A stretch of 64,000 nt of DNA from an uncultured Chloroflexia bacterium (GTDB lineage: Bacteria; Chloroflexota; Limnocylindria; Limnocylindrales; CSP1-4), in contig CAVVJT010000007.1 of assembly GCA_963748625.1 (NCBI GenBank), positions 992,001 through 1,056,000 of the forward strand, given 5' to 3'. A program made the position numbers and the translations under genes. The notes under the pieces were generated by a model. The model was not told the origin of the DNA, did no database searches, and saw only the letters and a list, made by a program, of their open reading frames with translations. Position 1 is the first letter of the stretch. Each line of letters starts with the position of its first letter. This document shows, in pieces, positions 1-9,884 of the stretch.

Positions 1-934
1 CAACGCGCACCCATCGGCACGGCGCGTATCCAACGCCACGGTCCGCCTCATCCATCGCGCCATCGTGGGGGCGGGCGGCCCGGCCAACTTCATCACGTCG
101 GTGGCGGAGCCGACGATCGAGAGCGCTCGCGCGCTGATGGCCCACCCGGACGTCCGCGTCCTGCTCGTGACCGGCGGCCCGGGCGTGGTCCGCGAGGCCC
201 TCAAGACCGACAAGCGCGCCATCACCGCGGGTCCCGGCAACCCGCCCTGCGTGGTGGACGACACGGCCGACGTGGACAAGGCCGGCGCCGACATCGTGAA
301 GGGCGCGTCGTTCGACAACAACATCGTCTGCACGGACGAGAAGACGGTGATCTGCGTCGCGTCCGTCGCGGACCGGCTCGTGCGCTCAATGGCCCGTAAC
401 GGCGCGTATGTCCTCGCCGAGCACGAGCTGCACCGCCTGGAGCGCGTGATCTTCACCGACGACACCCTGGTCCCGGGCAAGCCCGCGCACATCAACACCG
501 CCTGGGTGGGGCGGGATGCCTCCCGCATCCTCGCGGAGATCGGGGTCCGGCCGTCGGTGGAGCCGAGGATCCTGGTGGCCGAGGTGTCCGTGGACCATCC
601 GCTGGTCTGGACCGAGCAGATGATGCCGGTGCTGCCCGTGGTCAGGGTCCAGACCGTGGACGCGGCCATCGACCTCGCCGTCCGCTCCGAGCACGGCTTC
701 CGCCACACGGCGTCCATCCACTCCACCAACGTGGAGACGATCACGCGCATGGCGCGCGCGATGAACTGCTCGATCTTCGTGACCAACGGGCCGAACTTCA
801 CGGGCCTGGGCGAGGGCGGCGAGGGCTTCGCCACCGTGTCTATCGCCTCCCCGTCCGGCGACGGGATGACCAGACCCCGGACGTTCTCGCGCGAGCGGCG
901 GATCACCGTCGTTGGCGCGCTGCGGATCGTGTAG
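1..934 (+). CDS. CoA-acylating aldehyde dehydrogenase, EutE/PduP family (5' truncated by window edge)
   Basis: Motifs VTGGPGVV, AGPGNPP, SFDNNIVCTDEK (catalytic Cys), EQMMP and GEGF; adjacent to BMC shell genes. Confidence 0.9.
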   Translation, partial: NAHPSARRVSNATVRLIHRAIVGAGGPANFITSVAEPTIESARALMAHPDVRVLLVTGGPGVVREALKTDKRAITAGPGNPPCVVDDTADVDKAGADIVKGASFDNNIVCTDEKTVICVASVADRLVRSMARNGAYVLAEHELHRLERVIFTDDTLVPGKPAHINTAWVGRDASRILAEIGVRPSVEPRILVAEVSVDHPLVWTEQMMPVLPVVRVQTVDAAIDLAVRSEHGFRHTASIHSTNVETITRMARAMNCSIFVTNGPNFTGLGEGGEGFATVSIASPSGDGMTRPRTFSRERRITVVGALRIV

Positions 935-936
935 CG

Positions 937-1583
937 ATGGCCGACGTGGAGCCGCCTGGGCGTCCGCGATCGCCGTCGTGCGGAGCTCGCGTCCATCGCC
1001 ATCGGCATCGAAGCCGGGGACGCGATGGTCAAGCGCTCGCCAGTGGACGTGGTGAGGGCAGGGACCATCCACCCGGGCAAGTACCTGGTCCTGGTCGCGG
1101 GCTCCGTGGCGGACGTCGAGGAGGCCTATGCGGCGGGCCTGGCCGTCGGCGAGCCATGCCTCGTGGACACGGTGCTCCTGCCCAACGTGCACGACCAGGT
1201 CGTCGCGGCGCTCCGCGGTGGCCGACGGACGGGTGCCGGCGAGGCGCTCGGCATCGTGGAGACGGCGACGATCGCCGCGATCGTCGAGGCGGCTGATGCT
1301 GGCCTCAAGGGCGCGCAGGTCGAACTGCTGGAGCTGCAGGCTCGGCGACGGGATCGGCGGCAAGGGCTACCTGCTGTTCGACGGGTCCGTGGCGGACGTG
1401 GAGGCGGCGGTGGCCGTGGCGCTCGACCGGGTCGCCGACGGGCTCGCTGGTTCCGTCCCGGGCGGCCGGAACCCGATCGGCCGGGTCATCGCCCAGCTCC
1501 ACCGCGAGATGCGCTCGGAGCTCGAGGCAGCACCGCGCTTCGGCGAGCGCATGGGGCGCGGACCCGCAGGCGGGGAGGCCTAG
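937..1583 (+). CDS. Tandem-domain BMC shell protein (PduT-like BMC-T), frameshifted
   Basis: ELASIAIGIEAGDAMVK..TIHPGKYLVLVAGSVADVEEA and ALGIVET..AADAGLK..LGDGIGGKGY are split over frames (indels near 960-985 and 1335-1340). Confidence 0.85.
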
Positions 1584-1587
1584 GCAG

Positions 1588-1890
1588 ATGCAGCTCGCGC
1601 GCGTGACCGGCACCGTGGTCGCCACCATCAAGGCCGACAACATGGAGGGCATCCGCCTGCTCATCGTCCAGCCGCTGACGCGGGACCTGGCCCCGAACGG
1701 ACAGCCGGTCGTGGCCGCGGACGCGCTCGACACGGCCGGACCCGGGCAGCTCGTCTACATCGTGGCCGCGCGCGAGGCGGCGGAGGCGATGCCCAACCGG
1801 TTCGTGCCGGTGGACCACGCGATCGTGGGGATCGTGGACGCGGTGGAGGACACGTACGGGCCCGCGTCGGGGCGGGGAGCCCAGCCGTGA
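1588..1890 (+). CDS. eutN: BMC vertex protein, EutN/CcmL family
   Basis: MQLARVTGTVVATIK...AAD..AGPG..V...PVDHAIVGIVD signature. Confidence 0.9.
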   Translation: MQLARVTGTVVATIKADNMEGIRLLIVQPLTRDLAPNGQPVVAADALDTAGPGQLVYIVAAREAAEAMPNRFVPVDHAIVGIVDAVEDTYGPASGRGAQP

Positions 1891-2168
1891 AGCTCGGGCG
1901 GGTGGTGGGCACCGTCGTGTCCACCGTGAAGGCGCCGATCTTCGAGGGGCGGACGCTGCTGCTAGTTGACCTGCTGGACCCCGACGGGTCCGTGAGCGGC
2001 GGCTACCTGATCGCGATGGACACCGTGGGCGCGGGCGCGGGCGAGACGGTGCTCATCCTCGACGAGGGCGGATCCGCGCGCCAGGTCATCGGCGAGACGG
2101 GCGGCGGGCCGCTGCGGACGGTGATCGTGGGGATCGTGGACGCGGTCGAGGGTCCGGCCGCCGTCTGA
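1887..2168 (+). CDS. eutN: BMC vertex protein, EutN/CcmL family (second copy)
   Basis: MKLGRVVGTVVSTVK...DTVGAGAGETV...IVGIVD; GTGA overlap with upstream gene. Confidence 0.9.
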   Translation: MKLGRVVGTVVSTVKAPIFEGRTLLLVDLLDPDGSVSGGYLIAMDTVGAGAGETVLILDEGGSARQVIGETGGGPLRTVIVGIVDAVEGPAAV

Positions 2169-2324
2169 CCAGCCCGGGGAGGCGTGGGGCGGGCACCAGG
2201 TTCCCCGGCGGTCACCACCTGGGCACCGGGCCCAGGCCGGGAGGCGATCGCGGCGCGAAGGAGGCGCCGCCGCCGGCAATGGTTTCAGCCCATGGCCACG
2301 AGGACGCGGGAGTATCGTCGTGGA

Positions 2325-3600
2325 ATGACCGAGCCCACCGTCCACCCGGTCGCGGCGCACGGGTTCGACGCCGGCGCCGATGCCTACGAGCGAGCCCGGC
2401 CGACCTATCCGTCGGCTGTCGTAGCCGCGCTCACGGAGCACCTCGGACTGCGGCCGGGACGCGTCGTCCTGGAGCTCGGCGCTGGCACGGGAAAGCTCAC
2501 CCGCCTCCTGGTCACGACCGGGGTCCGCATCCTGGCGCTCGAGCCCGTCGCCAGGGATGCGCGAGCACCTGCGCGCGGCTGGCGCCCGAGGTCGAGCTGC
2601 TCGACGGCACCGCCGAGGCGATCCCCCTCCCGGGCGGCTCGGTCGACGCCGTTGTCGTGGCCCAGGCATTCCACTGGTTCGACCCGGTCCGTGCGCTCTC
2701 GGAGATCCACCGGGTACTGCGGCCAGGCGGCACGCTCGCTCTCGCCTGGAACTTCCGCGACGAGTCGGTGCCCTGGGTGGCCGAGCTCGGGCGGCTGATC
2801 CACGGGCTCGCGGGCGATTCGCCGCGGGCCCGCGGAGGCCGGTGGCGCGGTGACCTCGCGACGGTGGGCCTGTTCGCGCCGTGGACATCCGTGGTGATCC
2901 CGCACACGCAGGTCATGACGCCCGATGACGTGCTCGCGCGGGTCGGCTCGGTGAGCTTCGTGGCAGCGGCGCCGGCGGAGGCCCGGGCAGCGCTCCGAGA
3001 CCAGGTGGCCGCCCTGCTCGCGAGTCATCCGGACACGGCGGGCCGCGCGTCGGTCGAGCTTCCCTACGAGTCGGAGGTGATGTGGGCGGCCCGGCGCACG
3101 CTCGATCCGGGCGCGTCGGGCATCGTCGTCACCGTGCAACCGCAACCACGGTGGGGTGCCGAAGAAGGCCGTGGATGGGGCACGCGTCGGTCAGCTCGGC
3201 CTTGACGGGGACCACCACGCCGAGCCCGAGCCCGTGCACGGCGGCCCCGACCAGGCCGTCTGCCTGTACGCCCAGGAGGCGATCGAACGGGTCCGCGACG
3301 ACGGCCACCAGGCGTTCCCCGGCGCGTACGGCGAGAACCTGGTGCTCCTCGGGATCGACTGGGCGGCGCTCGGACCCGGCGACCGGCTGCACCATCGGGA
3401 CGGGGTCGGACGCGGTACGGCTCGAGCTCACGACACAGGCGGCGCCGTGCCAGACCATCGCCCACTGGTTCAGCGGCCGGCGGATCGCACGGATCAGCGG
3501 GAAGGCGCACCCGGGCGAGGCGCGGTGGTATGCGCGGGTGCTCGGCGAGGGACCGGTGGCGCCGGGGATGCCCGTCCGCCTGGAGCAGCGCCCGGGCTGA
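2325..3600 (+). CDS. Class I SAM-dependent methyltransferase fused to MOSC (YiiM-like) domain, frameshifted
   Basis: YERARPTYP, VLELGAGTGKLT, AQAFHWFD, LRPGG, then GGVPK..GLDGD..HGGPDQAVCLY..GAYGENL..APCQ; indels near 2560, 3137 and 3390; TATCGT -10 box 6 nt before ATG. Confidence 0.8.
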
Positions 3601-3750
3601 GGCCGGTCCGCCGGTCGGCGGGGCGCGGACGCCCGACCATTCCTGGCGCGCGATGTCACTCCCGATGGCTCTTGGCGTCGCATGCGTGGTGCAGGACGAT
3701 CGACCGGCATCACGGGCCGGGGAGGTCCCGGCGAGCAAGGACGGTGTGCG

Positions 3751-5082
3751 ATGCAGGTCGCCTTCGTTGCCATCAGCGGCGTCCGCTCCTCCAACCCGGC
3801 CCTGATGGAGGTGGGCCTCACGCTCCCAGGCTTCGTGGAGCGCAGCGAGGTGATCGCCTCGCTGCCCAGCCTCGGCCTCCTCACCCTGGCCGGGATGACC
3901 CCCGACGACGTTGACGTGACCTACCACGAGGTCCCGGACATCGCGGCGCTCGCGGAGCTTCCGCCGTGCGACGTCGCCGCGATCTCCTCGTACTCGGCAC
4001 AGATCCGGGATGCCTACACCCTCGCCGACCGGTTCCGTGCCGCCGGCGCGAAGGTCGTCCTGGGGGGCCTCCACGTGTCGGCCCTGCGCCACGAGGCGCT
4101 GGAGCATGCCGATGCCGTCGTGCTCGGCGAAGGCGAGTTGGGCTGGCCCGACGTGATGCGCGATCTCCAGCACGGGCGCCTGTCGCACATCTACGCGCCG
4201 GAGGGCCGTGAGTTCGACCTGGCAGACTCGCCGATGCCGCGCTTCGACCTGCTCGACATCGACCGCTACAACCGGCTGACGGTCCAGACCCAGCGGGGCT
4301 GCCCGTGGCGCTGCGAGTTCTGTGCCGCCTCGATGCGGCTGACCCCGCTGTACAAGACGAAGCCCGTGGAGCGCGTGCTGGCCGAGGTGCGCGCCATCAA
4401 GCAGCTGTGGCCGCACCCGTTCATCGAGTTCGCCGACGACAACAGCTTCGTGAGCCGCCGCCACAGCAAGGAGCTCCTCCGGGCGCTCATCCCGGAGCGG
4501 GTCCACTGGTTCAGCGAGTCCGACATCTCGATCGCCGACGACCCCGAGCTGCTCGAGCTCATGCGGGAGTCTGGCTGCCGGGAGCTGCTGATCGGCCTCG
4601 AGAGCCCGACGAGCTCCGGGGTGGACGGCATCGAGCAGCGCCGGAACTGGAAGCTCGGGCGCCAGCCGGACTACCTCGAGGACATCCGGGTGATCCAGGG
4701 CCACGGCATCGCGGTCAACGGCTGCTTCGTCCTCGGGCTCGACGGCGACGGACCGGACGTGTTCGACGCCGTCGAGGCGTTCGTCGCCGCCAGCGGCCAG
4801 TTCGATGTGCAGATCACCGTCATGACCCCGTTCCCGGGGACCCCGCTCTACGAGCGACTCCTCCAGGAGGGCCGGCTGCTGGAGCCGACCGCGTGGGACC
4901 GCTGCAGTCTGTTCGACGTGAACTTCCGGCCACAGCGGATGACGGCCGATGAGCTGCAGGCAGGGCTGCTCGGCCTGGCCCGGCGCCTGTACACGGTCGA
5001 GGAGCGGGACGCCCGGAGGGATCGCTTCTGGGCCCAGCGCCGGGCGCACCGGCGCGAGGTTCGGGTGGAGGTGCACGCATGA
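3751..5082 (+). CDS. B12-binding domain radical SAM protein
   Basis: N-terminal PSLGLLTLA / VVLGGLH / VVLGEGE cobalamin-binding domain; TQRGCPWRCEFC (CxxxCxxC); PFPGTPLY. Confidence 0.9.
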   Translation: MQVAFVAISGVRSSNPALMEVGLTLPGFVERSEVIASLPSLGLLTLAGMTPDDVDVTYHEVPDIAALAELPPCDVAAISSYSAQIRDAYTLADRFRAAGAKVVLGGLHVSALRHEALEHADAVVLGEGELGWPDVMRDLQHGRLSHIYAPEGREFDLADSPMPRFDLLDIDRYNRLTVQTQRGCPWRCEFCAASMRLTPLYKTKPVERVLAEVRAIKQLWPHPFIEFADDNSFVSRRHSKELLRALIPERVHWFSESDISIADDPELLELMRESGCRELLIGLESPTSSGVDGIEQRRNWKLGRQPDYLEDIRVIQGHGIAVNGCFVLGLDGDGPDVFDAVEAFVAASGQFDVQITVMTPFPGTPLYERLLQEGRLLEPTAWDRCSLFDVNFRPQRMTADELQAGLLGLARRLYTVEERDARRDRFWAQRRAHRREVRVEVHA

Positions 5083-5486
5083 CCGGATCGAGCGCCCACG
5101 GCGTCGCCACCGGGTGGCGCCTCCTGTTCCTCGTCGCGGCGGTGTACGACATCGCCCTGGGGATCGCCTTCATGGTGGCAGGCGAGGCCGTCCTCGACGC
5201 CATCGGCATGGCCGGGCCGCCCCACGTCGCGTACATCCAGCTCGCCGCCGTCTTCGTGGCCGTCCAGGGTGCCAGCTACCTGTTCGCCTGGTGGGATGCG
5301 ATCGCCAACCGGGCGATCGTCTGGGTCGGCGTGATCTACAAGGCCGGCTACACGGGGCTGGCGGCCTGGTACATCGTCCTCGGGCTGATCCCGAGCGTGT
5401 TCTTCATCCCGTGGGCCATCGCCGACCTCGCGTTCCTCGTCGCGTTCCTCGTGTTCCTGCGGCGGCACCCGGGAGCCGCGAGGTGA
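5079..5486 (+). CDS. Small integral membrane protein (about 4 TM)
   Basis: Four hydrophobic segments; ATGA overlap with radical SAM gene. Confidence 0.75.
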   Translation: MTGSSAHGVATGWRLLFLVAAVYDIALGIAFMVAGEAVLDAIGMAGPPHVAYIQLAAVFVAVQGASYLFAWWDAIANRAIVWVGVIYKAGYTGLAAWYIVLGLIPSVFFIPWAIADLAFLVAFLVFLRRHPGAAR

Positions 5487-5986
5487 TCCATCCCGGCGCA
5501 GGGCGGTCCGTTCCGCTGGAGCTCACCGCCGACCCGAGGATGCAGCGACGGGTCCAGCGCCTCACGGTGGTGAGCCTCGTCGCGCTGGGTGCCATCGCGG
5601 TGCTCGCAGCGCTCGGCGGCGCGTCGTGGTTCATCACCGGGCTGCTGGTGGCGGGCTGGGTGCTGATGCCATCCGTCCTCGCGTGGAGCCTGGCGCGGCC
5701 GATGGCGCGCTACCTGCTGGTCGTTCCGGCGACGCTCGTGTCTCTTGCGCTGCTCGCGCTGTCCCTCGGCTGGGCCCAGGGTGCGAGCGGGACGCAGGTG
5801 GGCTGGCTGCTGATCACGGCCGGCGTCCTGCTCGGCGGCACCCTGGGGCTCTGGACCTGGTACCGCGTCCTGCCGGTGCCGCCTGCCTTGGATGATCCCG
5901 TGGCGCCCGGTCGCTGGGCGCTCATCGGCGTCCACGTGGCGCTCGTGCTCGTGGGGCTCGCGGTGCTGGTGGTGCGGCCCGGATAG
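5483..5986 (+). CDS. Integral membrane protein (about 5 TM)
   Basis: GTG start overlapping upstream stop; hydrophobic C-terminal part of ORF 4949..5986. Confidence 0.7.
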   Translation: MIHPGAGRSVPLELTADPRMQRRVQRLTVVSLVALGAIAVLAALGGASWFITGLLVAGWVLMPSVLAWSLARPMARYLLVVPATLVSLALLALSLGWAQGASGTQVGWLLITAGVLLGGTLGLWTWYRVLPVPPALDDPVAPGRWALIGVHVALVLVGLAVLVVRPG

Positions 5987-6159
5987 GCCTCGGGCGAGCC
6001 GGAGCTTCGCCGCCGGATCCGGATGGCGAGCAACGGATCGCGGGCTCGGCCGCCCTCGTGTCCGGTTGCGTCGATTCCGGGGCTTCCCGTCTGGCAGGCC
6101 AGCGTGGACACTACCAGCCACGGTCCGCCGTTCCCGCGGACCCCACGAGGATCCAGCCC

Positions 6160-7566
6160 ATGCGCCCCGCCCCCGACGTCCTGTCCCCCGCCGGCCTCGC
6201 CTCGCTCCGTGCCGGCGTCACCGGGGAGGTGATCACCCCGGCCGACCCTGCCTACGACGAGGCACGCCAGGTCTGGAACGGGATGATCGACAAGCACCCA
6301 GCGGTGATCGTGCGGGCGGCGGATGATGGCGACGTGGTCGCCGCCCTCGCCCTGGCGCGCTCGACCGGGCTGCCGCTCGCGGTCCGTGGCGGCGGTCACA
6401 ACGTGGCCGGCAACGGCACGGTGGACGGCGGCATCGTGCTCGACATGGGAGGCCGCAACCGGGTCGAGGTGGACGCGCCCGCCGGCCAGGTCCACGTGGA
6501 GGCGGGTGCCACGCTGCACGACGTGGACGCCGCCACGGCGGCGCACGGCCTGGCCGTGCCGATCGGCGTGGTCTCGGGCACGGGGATCGCGGGCTTCACG
6601 CTGGGGGGTGGGGTCGGCTGGCTGACACGCCGGTACGGGCTGACCATCGACAACCTCCTGGCGGCCGACGTGATCCTGCCCGACGGCAGCCCGGTCCGCG
6701 CCGACGCGACGTCCCATCCCGACCTCTTCTGGGCCCTGCGCGGCGGCGGAGGCAACTTCGGGGTGGTCACGTCGTTCACGCTCCGGGCCTACCCCCACGG
6801 CCCCGAGGCGTTCGCCGGCACGCTGGTCTACGAGCGCCCGCGCTGGGGCGAGGCGCTGCGCGCCTGGCGGACGTGGACGGCGACGCTCCCCGACGAGCTC
6901 ACGCCGATCGTCACCTTCATGGTTCCGCCCCCGGACTGGGATCTTGGTGACCGCCCCCTGATGTTCGCCGGCTACGCCTGGGCGGGGCACGATCACGCGG
7001 TGGGCCGGGCGGTGGTGCAGCGCATCGTGGACGCGTGCCCGCCCGACGTCGCCGTGACCGACCCGACGCCGTGGGTGACGTTCCAGTCGTCCTTTGACAC
7101 CGCCATGGCCAAGGGTGTCCGGGCGTACTGGCGCAACGCCTGGTTCGCGGACGATGACGACGCGGTGCTCGATGCGATCGAGGAGGGCTGCGGGGCCCAG
7201 GCCCGGGTCGGCACCGCCGTGGACCTGCACCTGATGGGCGCGGCCTTCGCCCGCGTGCCCGAGGATGCGACCGCGTTCCCCGACCGCTCGGCGCACCTGT
7301 GGCTGAACATCTACGGCTTCTGGAGCGATGCCGAGGATGACGCAGCCAACACCGCCTGGGTGAAGGGCTTCTCGGACGCGGTCCGGCCGCTCGCGATGGA
7401 TCGCCAGTACGTGAACTTCATGGGCCGCGAGGAGGGCGGCGACGCACGGGCCAAGGCCCTCGCCGTGTACGGCCCTGGGAAGCTTGCGCGCCTCGCCTCG
7501 GTGAAGCGCCGGTACGACCCCACGAACCTGCTGCGGATCAACCACAACATCCAGCCGGAGGCCTGA
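6160..7566 (+). CDS. FAD-binding oxidoreductase, BBE/6-hydroxy-D-nicotine oxidase-like
   Basis: VRGGGHN covalent-FAD motif, DLFWALRGGGGNFGVVT, C-terminal YVNF..KRRYDPTN BBE domain. Confidence 0.9.
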   Translation: MRPAPDVLSPAGLASLRAGVTGEVITPADPAYDEARQVWNGMIDKHPAVIVRAADDGDVVAALALARSTGLPLAVRGGGHNVAGNGTVDGGIVLDMGGRNRVEVDAPAGQVHVEAGATLHDVDAATAAHGLAVPIGVVSGTGIAGFTLGGGVGWLTRRYGLTIDNLLAADVILPDGSPVRADATSHPDLFWALRGGGGNFGVVTSFTLRAYPHGPEAFAGTLVYERPRWGEALRAWRTWTATLPDELTPIVTFMVPPPDWDLGDRPLMFAGYAWAGHDHAVGRAVVQRIVDACPPDVAVTDPTPWVTFQSSFDTAMAKGVRAYWRNAWFADDDDAVLDAIEEGCGAQARVGTAVDLHLMGAAFARVPEDATAFPDRSAHLWLNIYGFWSDAEDDAANTAWVKGFSDAVRPLAMDRQYVNFMGREEGGDARAKALAVYGPGKLARLASVKRRYDPTNLLRINHNIQPEA

Positions 7567-7651
7567 CCCAGCCGCCGCACCGAAGCCGAGCGCCGCCGTA
7601 GTGTCGTCGAACGCGAGCCGCGCTACCCTTCGGCTAACGCACGGAGGAACC

Positions 7652-7849
7652 ATGTCCGACCACCATTCCCCCGATCTCGTCCTCGGCACGACCCGCGAGG
7701 AGCTGATGGTCCAGCACGCCGAGGCCCGCCAGCGCCGCATCGCGGCCGACGGCGGCAGCCCCGAGTGGGAGGCGGCGTCGCATGACGTCGGCCGGATCGA
7801 GATCGAGATCGCCCGCATCGAGCGGGAGATGGACCCGCCGCTGGTCTGA
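7652..7849 (+). CDS. Small hypothetical helical protein
   Basis: GGAGG RBS before ATG 7652; 65-aa charged helical sequence. Confidence 0.6.
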   Translation: MSDHHSPDLVLGTTREELMVQHAEARQRRIAADGGSPEWEAASHDVGRIEIEIARIEREMDPPLV

Positions 7850-7868
7850 TCGCGGCAGATCGGAGTCT

Positions 7869-8486
7869 CTGACCGAGACGCACGCTCGCTCCAGGTTCGC
7901 GCACCCGGCCGTCAGCAGCCCGAGCAGTGGCCTGCAGGGCTCGCCCGACGGCCCTGGTACGAGTCGGCCCCTTGACGGCGTCGTGCTCGTCCTCAACCAG
8001 AACTACGAGCCGCTCAACGTGACGAACCTGCCACGCGCGTTCCGGCTCGTCTTCGGTTCGCGGGCGGAGGTCATCGTGTACGACCACGCGGACATCCGCA
8101 CCGTCCGCGCCGTCTACCGGGCGCCGTCAGTCATCCGACTCCAGCACCAGGTGCGCCGACCGCGTCCCCGCGTGAAGCTGACGCGGCGCGAGGTGTTCGC
8201 GCGGGACCGGCACACGTGCCAGTACTGCGGCCACATGGGGTCCGACCTCACGCTCGACCACGTCCTGCCCCGCCATCGCGGGGGCGGCCACACGTGGGAG
8301 AACCTGGTGGCCGCGTGCAAGCCCTGCAACCACCGCAAGGGCGGACGCACGCCGGAAGAGGCGCGGATGCATCTCGCCCGCCAGCCGTTCGAGCCGCGCA
8401 GCGACCTCTACTCGCTGTTCTCCCCGTACCTTGAGAACGAGCGCAACGAGTCCTGGCGCGATTACCTGTTCCTCGGCCGGAACTGA
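7869..8486 (+). CDS. HNH endonuclease (McrA/HNH_5-like); start uncertain, possibly CTG
   Basis: VLVLNQNYEPL, PSVIRL, RDRHTCQYCG..TLDHVLP..GG..TWENLVAACKPCNHRKG. Confidence 0.85.
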   Translation: MTETHARSRFAHPAVSSPSSGLQGSPDGPGTSRPLDGVVLVLNQNYEPLNVTNLPRAFRLVFGSRAEVIVYDHADIRTVRAVYRAPSVIRLQHQVRRPRPRVKLTRREVFARDRHTCQYCGHMGSDLTLDHVLPRHRGGGHTWENLVAACKPCNHRKGGRTPEEARMHLARQPFEPRSDLYSLFSPYLENERNESWRDYLFLGRN

Positions 8487-8489
8487 GCC

Positions 8490-9884
8490 GTGGCAGATCC
8501 CGGCGCGATGCCTGACGCCGTCGCGCGCCTGGAGGCGGCCATTCCGCCCGCCGTGCGCGACATCTCGGCACGGCTGACCGGCGCAGGACATGCCACCTAC
8601 GTCGTGGGCGGATGCACGCGGGACGTGCTGCTGGGCCGCCGTGTCGCGGACTGGGACCTGACCACCTCCGCCCGCCCCGATGAGCTGGTCGCGCTGCTGC
8701 CCGGCGCGGTGTACGAGAACCGCTTCGGGACCGTGGCGGTGCGACGCGACGACGACGTGTTCGAGATCACGACCTTCCGCTCCGAGCACGACTACGCGGA
8801 CTTCCGGCGGCCGCATCGCATCGAGTTCGGGGATGACGTGGGGGCCGACCTGGCGCGGCGCGACTTCACCGTCAACGCGATCGCCTACGGGTGGCAACCA
8901 GGCGAGTCGGCCGACCACCTGGTCGACCCGTTCGACGGCGTCGGGGATGTCGGCCTGCGGATGCTGCGGGCAGTCGGTGATCCCGATGCCCGCTTCCGGG
9001 AGGATGCGCTGCGGATGGTCCGGGCGGTGCGCCTCGCCGCGACGCTGGAGTTCGAGGTGGAGCCGGCCACCCTCGACGCCATCCGTGCCAATGCCGGACT
9101 GGCTGAGCACCTGTCGGGCGAGCGCATCGGCATGGAGCTGGAGAAGCTGCTGGCGGCGCCCCGACCATCCATCGGGCTCCGGCTGGCGCTCGACACCGGG
9201 CTGCTCGCGGTGCTGGCGCCGGACCTCGCCGCCCAGCGGGGCGTGCCGCAGAACAAGGTGCCCGGCGAGGATCTCTGGGATCACACGCTGCGGGCGGTCG
9301 ATGCCGCACCGGCGAACCGGCCCGTCGTGCGGCTGGCCGCCCTGCTGCACGACATCGGCAAGCCCTCCACCCTGGCAGACGGTCACTTCCACCACCACGA
9401 CGTCGCGGGTGCCACGCTCGCCGCCACCCTCCTGCGCAGGCTGCGCTATCCCCGGGCGGCTACCGATGAGGTCGTCCACCTGGTCCGCCACCACATGTTC
9501 GTGGCGGACCCCGAGTTCGGGGACCCCGCCATCCGGCGCTTCATCAAGCGGATCGGGGCGGCCCGGCTCGACGCGCTGTTCGCGCTCCGGCGTGCTGACG
9601 ACATCGGCAGTGGCCAGGACCCCGACGAGCCGTCGCTCGCGGCATTCCGGGCGCGGGTGGAGGCGGAGCTGGCCGCGGCCGCGGTGCTCGACCGGTATGC
9701 GCTCGCGATCGACGGCAGCGACCTCATTGGGGAGCTCGGGCTGGTCCCGGGGCCACGGCTGGGCCACCTGATCGACGCGCTCGTTGACCGGGTCCTGGAG
9801 GATCCGGGCTGCAACGAGCGGGCGACGCTACTGCTGCTCGCACAGGGCATGCTTGCAGACATGGAAGAGGCCACCAACCGATGA
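8490..9884 (+). CDS. cca: CCA tRNA nucleotidyltransferase with HD domain
   Basis: [49 protein letters not shown]. Confidence 0.9.
   Translation: MADPGAMPDAVARLEAAIPPAVRDISARLTGAGHATYVVGGCTRDVLLGRRVADWDLTTSARPDELVALLPGAVYENRFGTVAVRRDDDVFEITTFRSEHDYADFRRPHRIEFGDDVGADLARRDFTVNAIAYGWQPGESADHLVDPFDGVGDVGLRMLRAVGDPDARFREDALRMVRAVRLAATLEFEVEPATLDAIRANAGLAEHLSGERIGMELEKLLAAPRPSIGLRLALDTGLLAVLAPDLAAQRGVPQNKVPGEDLWDHTLRAVDAAPANRPVVRLAALLHDIGKPSTLADGHFHHHDVAGATLAATLLRRLRYPRAATDEVVHLVRHHMFVADPEFGDPAIRRFIKRIGAARLDALFALRRADDIGSGQDPDEPSLAAFRARVEAELAAAAVLDRYALAIDGSDLIGELGLVPGPRLGHLIDALVDRVLEDPGCNERATLLLLAQGMLADMEEATNR

Noticed and set aside
7869-8486. HNH nuclease as a homing, mobile or defence element
   Set aside because: It is the widespread stand-alone HNH family in a housekeeping context, with no intron, IS ends, methylase or array nearby.
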